This document shows, in pieces, positions 57,260 through 64,000 of a stretch of 64,000 bases of DNA; within the stretch, counting starts at the first letter, position 1, and each line of letters opens with the position of its first letter. The notes under the pieces were generated by a model. It had not been told where the DNA came from and ran no database searches. It saw only the letters and a program-made list of their open reading frames with translations. The stretch comes from a virus (Duplodnaviria > Caudoviricetes). Position numbers and translations under genes: made by a program. The stretch covers positions 51,380 through 115,379 of IMG/VR virus record IMGVR_UViG_3300021255_000050, one strand, 5' to 3'.

Positions 57260-57522
57260 TAAAAGGAGGGGTTAATCCCCTCTTTTTATTTTTTATTTTT
57301 TATGCCCATGAGGGCGCACCCTACTCGGCTTGCCGGGTTTAAAGGGTGCGCATAAGTGGGAGGGAGGGCGGCGGTTTTTTCGGGGCGGCATTTTTTCGCT
57401 CCGCTCGCTCGCTCTGCTTCGCATAGCTCACTCGCTCCAGTGGCTACGCCACCAAAGCTGTGAGCAAACCTCACGTGATTATCGTTAATCCTACTTAATG
57501 GTAATTGCAATCGGCGTGTAAT

Positions 57523-57715
57523 GCGCCGACAAGTCGGCGCGAGAGATGTGAGATAACTCATGTACTCCGTGAAGTTGTCTTACGTCATGCTGCTATCGTT
57601 GCAGTTGGCGTTCTCCGCAGCTTATGCGCTGGCAAGCCAGCGCGAGAGTTGTGGGAGATAAATCCCATAATCCTTAACCCAGCTTAAGCGCCGTCAGGCC
57701 GGCGCGAGAGATGTG
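57523..57715 (+). repeat. three GCGC-stem hairpin + GAGAGWTGTG repeats
   Basis: 57523-57550, 57626-57653, 57688-57715, with compensatory stem changes. Confidence 0.8.
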
Positions 57716-57752
57716 GATGCCTTTAAGGCGCACATTAAAAGGAGGACAATTT

Positions 57753-57932
57753 ATGACTACTATTCGCGAAAGAAACAGCTACAACCGTAACTATGAAGGC
57801 TATATGGATAGCACCGCTTCTCGTGCTCTGGACAATGTAGAGCGTGAACTTCGCAAAGTCGGAAACTGGCGGCGCGACCCTGAAGAACCGGCGAAGAAGG
57901 TCACCTATCGGCTGGCTTGGAAGGCCGCCTGA
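57753..57932 (+). CDS. small phage protein (N.EGY.D.TA family)
   Basis: RNYEGYMDSTA motif; AAGGAGG SD. Confidence 0.7.
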   Translation: MTTIRERNSYNRNYEGYMDSTASRALDNVERELRKVGNWRRDPEEPAKKVTYRLAWKAA

Positions 57933-58020
57933 TCCCGGAACTTTCTGGACCGCCCACTACGAGCAATCGTGGCGGGCGGTGTAGAGCGTTCCGCTCAAAC
58001 AAATTAAGGAGGGTCCCATT

Positions 58021-58560
58021 ATGAAGTCTATGAATGGTATTGAGGTTTATCTCCATCCCGAAAGCCACCCGCACCGTACAGATCTGTTGGGAGAAGTTAT
58101 TAGCAAGATTACGCTTCCTGAAGATGCTACTTTCTACCGGACCACCGTTGACCTTGGTCGCATCATCGGCGTAGACCATCTGGTCGAAGCAGATGAAGAC
58201 CATAACAAGGTGGTCAGGGTTGTACGTGGGAACAGAGCTGGATGGACTCCAATGGTCCTAGATGTAGAACCCGTTGAAACCAGCAAAGTAACAATTGTTC
58301 TCTGCGTCGCAACCGAACCCAAAGGATACGCTGGAAAGTGGGTTGTGGTCACCCTCTTCGAGGGCGAACCCGGCCTGCCTGAACCGTGGGACAAGAAATG
58401 TCAGAACGACAAAGCTCTCCACGAAAAGAGTTTGAAATTCTGGCGTACCCACGCACTCGTACCTGCAAATGAGGATGAGTGGAAGGCAGTGATCGATGAA
58501 CTGTACCACTTCAAAGAGCTGTACGAAGAGTTGTGGGAGCAATACGCCTACAACTCCTAA
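58021..58560 (+). CDS. hypothetical protein
   Basis: TAAGGAGG SD; VDLGRIIG, T.F.G...P.EPWD, FW..HALV motifs. Confidence 0.75.
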   Translation: MKSMNGIEVYLHPESHPHRTDLLGEVISKITLPEDATFYRTTVDLGRIIGVDHLVEADEDHNKVVRVVRGNRAGWTPMVLDVEPVETSKVTIVLCVATEPKGYAGKWVVVTLFEGEPGLPEPWDKKCQNDKALHEKSLKFWRTHALVPANEDEWKAVIDELYHFKELYEELWEQYAYNS

Positions 58561-58691
58561 CCATCAATAGAAACGGCGTCGGATTTCCCGCTTCATGTTC
58601 ATACTGGATAACTTGTCCAGTCCCGCCGTGAAGCCTGGAATTCGACGCTGTTTGCATTGTAATCCAATTGATTACAGAAAGGAGGACAGAC

Positions 58692-58853
58692 ATGCCGATC
58701 ATTGTTTGTTTGCTATTGATCGGAGGCATGCTCGCTCTTGAGCTAATTGTAGATCAAGATGACGAGCACGCCCTTCGGGTTGCGAAGATAGGGATGATCG
58801 CCCTGCTACCTGCAGTGATCGGCATCCTCGTCTTTATCGGAATTCTTATGTAA
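58692..58853 (+). CDS. small two-TM membrane protein
   Basis: AAGGAGG SD; two hydrophobic stretches. Confidence 0.65.
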   Translation: MPIIVCLLLIGGMLALELIVDQDDEHALRVAKIGMIALLPAVIGILVFIGILM

Positions 58854-58973
58854 CTTGCGTGCGGTACAGCTTGTGTCTGTATCGTACGAGATCGAGGCCG
58901 CTGCTTGGCCGGACGCGTGATTCGCTCCGCGTGGGTTGACGACAGTGGCTTCTACTATTGAAAGGAGCCTGTT

Positions 58974-59153
58974 ATGCCTGAACATTGGGAGTACACCGTG
59001 CTGATCGACTATGTCGAAGTCGGCACATACTATGGACTGCAGAAGGCTATACAAGTAGCTGAAGACCTCAGAAGAACACGCTGCCCGCTTTATCCGATCG
59101 ATGTGGTCGGAGATTATCGGGGCGAGTACGAATGGCTCGCCTACGAATGCTGA
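58974..59153 (+). CDS. small hypothetical protein (not in the ORF track)
   Basis: AAGGAG SD; 59 aa MPEHWEYTVL... Confidence 0.55.
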   Translation: MPEHWEYTVLIDYVEVGTYYGLQKAIQVAEDLRRTRCPLYPIDVVGDYRGEYEWLAYEC

Positions 59154-59166
59154 AAGGAGATTTCAA

Positions 59167-59493
59167 ATGATCATTAACCTCACGCCTCATTCCATTACAT
59201 ACATCCACGAGGATGGTCACACTACTATCCTCCCGTCAGCTGGCATCGCTCGCGCAAGCCAGACCATGACCGAAGCCGGCATGAGCGGCGACTTCCGAAT
59301 CGTAACCATGCAGTTCGGCGAACCTATCGGTCTTCCCGACTACACCCCTGGCACACAGTATGTGGTGAGTGCCATCACAGTGGCTGCTGCACGCGCTTAT
59401 GGCAGGACCACCGACGATCTGCTTCTGGTTGCCGATACCGTGAGAAACGAAGCTGGGCAAATCATTGGTTGCAAGGCGTTCGCAAGAGCTTGA
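59167..59493 (+). CDS. conserved phage protein (NLTPH motif)
   Basis: MIINLTPH..., GLP....YVVS, VRNE.GQIIGC. Confidence 0.75.
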   Translation: MIINLTPHSITYIHEDGHTTILPSAGIARASQTMTEAGMSGDFRIVTMQFGEPIGLPDYTPGTQYVVSAITVAAARAYGRTTDDLLLVADTVRNEAGQIIGCKAFARA

Positions 59494-59539
59494 TGTTGCG
59501 GTGCTACGCACCGCGAAACCTATGAAAGGAAGTACTACT

Positions 59540-59926
59540 ATGAAGAAACTGTATGTTGTTGGTGATGGCGATAAGGCTGCTGTCGATCTCACAGAACTGC
59601 GTGGCTTTGGTGGTAGTGTGTATGCACACGGACTGCTGGAAGAACTGGCTGGATATGACATCGTCGGCCAGCTGGTAACCGACAAGTACGAACAGAAAGA
59701 CTTGATCGAAGACGTAATCGCTGTTCTGCCGGATGGCAAGGAAATGCCGGCGACCGTCTTCATCTGGATCGCAACCATGATGCATCCTTATGACGACTGG
59801 CGTACTGGAGAGCAGTACGACATCATCGATGGAACTCGCCTTCTTGGTCTTCTGGTTGCAAAAGAAGACGCCGAAGCTATGGAATATGCCCGCAAGAAGT
59901 ACGACGAAAAGCCGTGGCACATCTAA
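59540..59926 (+). CDS. hypothetical protein
   Basis: AAGGA SD, 128 aa. Confidence 0.65.
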   Translation: MKKLYVVGDGDKAAVDLTELRGFGGSVYAHGLLEELAGYDIVGQLVTDKYEQKDLIEDVIAVLPDGKEMPATVFIWIATMMHPYDDWRTGEQYDIIDGTRLLGLLVAKEDAEAMEYARKKYDEKPWHI

Positions 59927-60049
59927 GATGCGCCTTCGGCTAATGAATAAGAAAGGAGCTTTCTGTGCAGCCCGTCCGCGTGATGGGCTGAATAGAGCGC
60001 TTCGCTCAAATAATGGCTATAAGCCGCAAATATAAGGAGGATCTTTACT

Positions 60050-60523
60050 ATGCTGAATCCTAACAAGACCGTAGAACGCGCAACCGTCACCATCACTCTT
60101 GTAACTGCAGTGAAAGGCAACACCACTTCTTGCACGGCAATTCTTCACGCTCCGAGCGGACTCGAGCGTAGCTATACCGTAACCAGCAACGAGGCCGCTC
60201 GCAATGAGGTTGCTCTCAAATGCATGATCGGAATTACCGACCGCATCACCAGCAAGCAGGGCGTTGACGTGAACTTTGCATCTGACAGTAAGTATCTGAA
60301 TGAGATGTTCGGTGGTGAGTACCGCCGTAAGCTGATGGCTGGCGAAGAGATTGAGTATAACAATCTCTGGCAGCAGGTCATCGCTATCCTGCGTGGCCAC
60401 CACTGCAAGCTGGAGACTGCACCTATGCCCGACGATGAAATCACCGAGCGGGCCAAGGCTACCGCTAAGTTCTACGTGAAGAAGGCAGCCGCTGCTAAGA
60501 CTCAGGCTGACGAAGCCGCATAA
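60050..60523 (+). CDS. RNase HI-fold protein, probably catalytically degenerate
   Basis: RNEVAL..., V.F.SDSKYL, N.LWQQV pattern follows RNase HI, but the first Asp and the helix Glu are not evident. Confidence 0.6.
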   Translation: MLNPNKTVERATVTITLVTAVKGNTTSCTAILHAPSGLERSYTVTSNEAARNEVALKCMIGITDRITSKQGVDVNFASDSKYLNEMFGGEYRRKLMAGEEIEYNNLWQQVIAILRGHHCKLETAPMPDDEITERAKATAKFYVKKAAAAKTQADEAA

Positions 60524-60633
60524 CTGAATCCTCCTGCCAGCTAGCCGAAAGACTGGCTGGTAGTAGAACGCACCGATGCCCGGAAACCACAAGCCCGGGA
60601 GGAAGAAGACGGAGTGGGCAAAGGAGTAATCGC

Positions 60634-60810
60634 ATGGCAGAAGAGAAACGTAACGTCTTCTTGATCTGGGAAGACAATGACCTCGTCGATATATGTTACA
60701 GCATGGAGGATGCTGAGAAAGCTCTCGCTCCCGGACAGGAAATAGAGCCGGCAGTAATGATCGAGCATGCGCCATGCGAAAATCCCGAACCAATCGATAT
60801 ACCGTTTTGA
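60634..60810 (+). CDS. small acidic protein ending DIPF (not in the ORF track)
   Basis: AAGGAG SD; 58 aa. Confidence 0.55.
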   Translation: MAEEKRNVFLIWEDNDLVDICYSMEDAEKALAPGQEIEPAVMIEHAPCENPEPIDIPF

Positions 60811-60823
60811 AAGGAGAATAACT

Positions 60824-61141
60824 ATGAAACTGAGCAATACAGCCGAATACGCCATCTATGGCATGTTTGCCAAGATGGGCAAGCTGCAGAAGATTGATCG
60901 TCATGCCGAACTGAACCTCGTCGAAAACGGACATAAGATCACTGTAGCTTTCGGCAACACCTGTGGACAGTACTTCGGGATCATTTATCCCACTGACAAG
61001 GGTGTGATGTCAACTGAGAGCAAGGTCTTCTTTGTACACGACATCGAAACCCTGAAGACAACCTTAACAGCAATGGCCGCTATGGCTACCAATGCTGTTG
61101 CAGATTATCTCAGCAGACTGGCTGATAAGGAGGTAGCCTGA
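60824..61141 (+). CDS. hypothetical protein
   Basis: AAGGAG SD. Confidence 0.65.
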   Translation: MKLSNTAEYAIYGMFAKMGKLQKIDRHAELNLVENGHKITVAFGNTCGQYFGIIYPTDKGVMSTESKVFFVHDIETLKTTLTAMAAMATNAVADYLSRLADKEVA

Positions 61142-61566
61142 TGATCACAAACTTCCATTTGGATAATACACGCTTTCTCAGTAACTTCTATCAGTCGCCT
61201 GTAACGTATGACGGCATACCGTACAGAAATGCGGAAGCCGCCTTTCAGGCCCAAAAGTGTATGACCCGCGAAGAGCGCCGCACCTTCGCTGGCCTCTCTG
61301 GAGCTGACGCCAAGAAGTTTGGTCGCCGCGTCCAGATGCGCCCGGACTGGGATAGAGTGAAGCTGCAGATCATGGAAGAAGTGCTGCGTGCTAAGTTCCA
61401 GAATGCAGCCCTCCGCAGCATGCTCCTTGCAACCGGCAACGAGCTGCTGATCGAAGGAAATAGTTGGGGCGATACCTTCTGGGGCGTGGACATCCGCACC
61501 AACAGAGGCGAGAACCATTTGGGCAGACTGTTAATGAAGATAAGGAGTGAGCTTAAATGTTCTTGA
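61141..61566 (+). CDS. NADAR (YbiA-like) ADP-ribosyl hydrolase
   Basis: FLSNFY, EAAFQAQK, AK..GR, W...K..IM, KFQN, L.EGNSWGDTFWG, GENHLG. Confidence 0.92.
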   Translation: MITNFHLDNTRFLSNFYQSPVTYDGIPYRNAEAAFQAQKCMTREERRTFAGLSGADAKKFGRRVQMRPDWDRVKLQIMEEVLRAKFQNAALRSMLLATGNELLIEGNSWGDTFWGVDIRTNRGENHLGRLLMKIRSELKCS

Positions 61567-61856
61567 GCGAGAAAGCTGAATATCTGTTCACTGAATTCGA
61601 TAAGGCCAAAATCCTTGGTATGTTGGCCTATTGCTATTTTGAACACAAGCCCATGAACTGTGGGCTGTACAATGCTAACGATGATAAAATCGTTACCTTC
61701 GTATACGTCGAAGATACCCGGGACGCGATCAAGATCCGCATCTACGACTACCCTGATATCGTATATGCCGGTAAATACTTCTTCATTCAGAACATGGTTG
61801 ATATCGCTACAGATATCCTGAACCATGCTGCGGAAACGTATAAGGAGGAAGTATGA
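61557..61856 (+). CDS. hypothetical protein
   Basis: AAGGAG SD, coupled ORF. Confidence 0.65.
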   Translation: MFLSEKAEYLFTEFDKAKILGMLAYCYFEHKPMNCGLYNANDDKIVTFVYVEDTRDAIKIRIYDYPDIVYAGKYFFIQNMVDIATDILNHAAETYKEEV

Positions 61857-62068
61857 ACTTCGACATATACATAACAAATAAGAATACCGGCGACACCTTC
61901 CATTACGAGAAGGCGTTGCCGTATGCTGACGCAGTCCGGTTCATCAATGAATACCAGGACAAAATTGATGAGCTGGGCGTAGGGGACAGCTTCGAGTTCA
62001 AGCTGAAGCCCAAGAGGTTCATTTCCTACAGCGACGCGTTCGCTTTCAATTATCAACCAAGGAGGTAA
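61853..62068 (+). CDS. hypothetical protein
   Basis: AGGAGG SD, ATGA overlap. Confidence 0.65.
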   Translation: MNFDIYITNKNTGDTFHYEKALPYADAVRFINEYQDKIDELGVGDSFEFKLKPKRFISYSDAFAFNYQPRR

Positions 62069-62072
62069 CCGT

Positions 62073-62363
62073 ATGCTTCCATACTACATTAACTTCTATG
62101 TCGTGTGGTACAAGGACGGCAATTGCGAGACTTTTGGCTGGCCATTCAACGTGACCGAGGACGAGTTCTTTACAAACATCTCACGTGAGATCGGGTTCGG
62201 GGAGGTCCCGTACAATGAATCCAATGATACTGTATCTTTCATCTGCTGGAGAGGAAAGAGGGTATGGCGCGATCTTAGAAATAAGAAGGAGATGGACTTC
62301 ACGTACGAAGATATGTACGGTAACATCATTTGGACTAAATACTTCCCGGAATGGGAACATTAA
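62073..62363 (+). CDS. hypothetical protein
   Basis: AGGAGG SD. Confidence 0.65.
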   Translation: MLPYYINFYVVWYKDGNCETFGWPFNVTEDEFFTNISREIGFGEVPYNESNDTVSFICWRGKRVWRDLRNKKEMDFTYEDMYGNIIWTKYFPEWEH

Positions 62364-62401
62364 TTTTTTGAATGCTGCATGATGGAAAGGAGGGATGCCA
62401 T

Positions 62402-62791
62402 ATGAGCAACCCTATTGAAGATTTCTTCTATGTGACCACAGACTACGGTTATATCATCGGCATATACGACGATATCGAGCAAGCTATCAATGCTGCCAAA
62501 GCAGAGAAGGGGCTGCTGAGAGCTTTTCATCGCAGCAACAGCGCCAGCAAATTTGTTGAGACATTTTCTAAATCATACATTGAAGGAGAAGAAGACTTTA
62601 ACGACAACGAACTCCTTGACGGCTATGAGGTATTTGGGATTACTTCTGAAGGTGCCGGTGCTGAATTCTTCACCACTGAGCAGAAAGCTATAGAAGCAGC
62701 AGCTATGTTATACCCAGAAACATTGTTTAGCTACAAATACAGCAAGGATACACATGGATATGAAGCTGATAAATGGGAAATGATATCATAA
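62402..62791 (+). CDS. hypothetical protein, paralog of the next gene
   Basis: AGGAGG SD; PIEDFFYVT...IEQA...AK and FFT....A...GY motifs shared with 62857. Confidence 0.65.
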   Translation: MSNPIEDFFYVTTDYGYIIGIYDDIEQAINAAKAEKGLLRAFHRSNSASKFVETFSKSYIEGEEDFNDNELLDGYEVFGITSEGAGAEFFTTEQKAIEAAAMLYPETLFSYKYSKDTHGYEADKWEMIS

Positions 62792-62856
62792 CCCGCAGGG
62801 CGGCCGAATAGGCGGCGCGAAGCGCCGCCTTGCCCGTATTTTTTGGAGTGACCGCT

Positions 62857-63264
62857 ATGGAACCATTACGTGAGTTTTTCCTTGTCACGCACCCAGCACC
62901 GTGGGCAAGTGATGACTACTATTACATGTACATTGAGCCGGAGATTGACCAAGCTGTGTATTGGGCTAAAAAGATGCACTGCGTGCTGTACGGATACAGG
63001 CTCAAGAAAGGCAAGAGACAGTATGAACTCTTCTATCAAAAGTCATTTGCCGAAGACCCACAAGAACATGACACACCGAAACTGTATGCAGTCCTGCAAG
63101 ATGACAACGCAACCATTGACTTCTTCACAGCAAAAGCTAGAGCAAAACAGATTGCCAAAACTCGTAAGGATCCTACAGTAGCAACTTACGCATACGATAA
63201 TCTGGAGAAAGGATATAAAGTGAAGAAAGCAGAGATGACGCGACCTCCAATCATCGAGTGGTAA
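62857..63264 (+). CDS. hypothetical protein, paralog of the previous gene
   Basis: PLREFFLVT...IDQA...AK, FFT..., GY. Confidence 0.65.
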   Translation: MEPLREFFLVTHPAPWASDDYYYMYIEPEIDQAVYWAKKMHCVLYGYRLKKGKRQYELFYQKSFAEDPQEHDTPKLYAVLQDDNATIDFFTAKARAKQIAKTRKDPTVATYAYDNLEKGYKVKKAEMTRPPIIEW

Positions 63265-63334
63265 GCGGAGCGGCCCGAAGGGCCGCGACATTATGAACTC
63301 TGCATAATGGAATAAACCATTATGGAGGTAGCGT

Positions 63335-63916
63335 ATGGAATACAGAAAGGCGACTGCTATGATTAAGAATGTACATTTTGACAAGGGCGATACCGTGGAT
63401 ACGAAACTCGCCGTTGTGCGTAAGCTGATTGACAGCTGGCGACTGAAGAGTGCGGAAGCAAACCTCTTCCTGTTCTATGCCAGCAAACCGTCAGGTTACA
63501 AACCGCATGAAGACGAGATCACTCGTGAGACTGGCATCATTCGCAACAACATAAGCAGAACCCGGAACAAGCTCGCAGAGCGTAAGCTCATTCAGTACGA
63601 TGACAAGAAGAACACAATAACGTTAGACTGGAGTCTGCTGAAAGCATTATGCTGGATACCCGATGATATGAATCCCCGTAAGGGTGAGATTCTACCTTAC
63701 ACAGAAACTAAACTGCCAAATGAGGAAAAGCGACTGAGGGAACTCTACGGGTTAGACCTTCCCGATGTAAACCCAAACCACCTTACGTTCGGTTGCATGC
63801 TCAAGCCTTATACAGAGCCGCCGAAGGAAAAGATGGAATGGCTGCCTGAAGAGGACGGTGACCGTCCGGTACTCAAAGAAGCAGGGGTTCTCGAGACCTA
63901 CGAACTGCCGTTCTAA
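63335..63916 (+). CDS. winged-HTH protein, possible replication initiator or regulator
   Basis: EI.RETGI.RNNISR.RNKL.E.KLI; GGAGG SD; C-terminal ELPF. Confidence 0.6.
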   Translation: MEYRKATAMIKNVHFDKGDTVDTKLAVVRKLIDSWRLKSAEANLFLFYASKPSGYKPHEDEITRETGIIRNNISRTRNKLAERKLIQYDDKKNTITLDWSLLKALCWIPDDMNPRKGEILPYTETKLPNEEKRLRELYGLDLPDVNPNHLTFGCMLKPYTEPPKEKMEWLPEEDGDRPVLKEAGVLETYELPF

Positions 63917-64000
63917 TCAAAAATTGATGCATATAAAGATATATGGGTGGAGATTTTCTCCCCCCAAACCCCCCTCTCCATGATGGTGTGGCCCGCGCGG

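Larger units (their letters stand above)
50703..57316 (+). repeat. nine dispersed intergenic elements: AAGAG-stem hairpin + TTTTTATTT + YAYG(G/C) + second hairpin
   Basis: Copies start near 50703, 51014, 51435, 52070, 52373, 52613, 53337, 56599 and 57261. Confidence 0.85.

Noticed and set aside
50703-57316. Intergenic repeats as a CRISPR array or integron attC sites
   Set aside because: Repeats are degenerate and separated by whole genes; no cas genes, no GTTRRRY/RYYYAAC cores and no integron integrase.
59540-59926. Gamma-glutamylcyclotransferase-like call
   Set aside because: Only faint resemblance; the YGSL/YGTL signature is absent.
63930-64000. Replication origin next to the HTH gene
   Set aside because: The C-rich motif is suggestive, but the window ends here and no iterons are visible.

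Overview
This window is part of a large temperate siphovirus-like phage, probably of a Bacillota (Firmicutes) host. It appears to be in the excised or virion configuration, because an intact attP carrying only the 3' half of tRNA-Val(GAC) sits between the integrase and the lysis genes. From left to right it contains: small accessory genes and a tRNA cluster; a tyrosine integrase and attP; a lysis module; a complete diversity-generating retroelement (RT, TR, Avd, VR) acting on a tail-fibre gene; the minus-strand morphogenesis operon from terminase to baseplate; and a plus-strand early region with a YonO-like single-subunit RNA polymerase, NADAR and many small ORFs separated by a repeated hairpin motif. 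The most striking finding is the major tail protein gene. It is split by two tandem group I introns around a 12-nt micro-exon. It ends in two paralogous, mutually exclusive 3' exons, each preceded by a group I intron 3' end, and a competing P9.1-type pairing could select between them. This looks like ribozyme-based alternative splicing that makes short and long tail-tube isoforms. A second highlight is the ~5,140-aa tape measure protein, itself interrupted by a group I intron with a GIY-YIG gene. Its N-terminal part carries a DFDGD two-barrel RNA polymerase-like domain and a PD-(D/E)xK-like nuclease domain, suggesting an ejected virion RNAP. All product calls come from motifs and synteny read by eye; no database searches were run.
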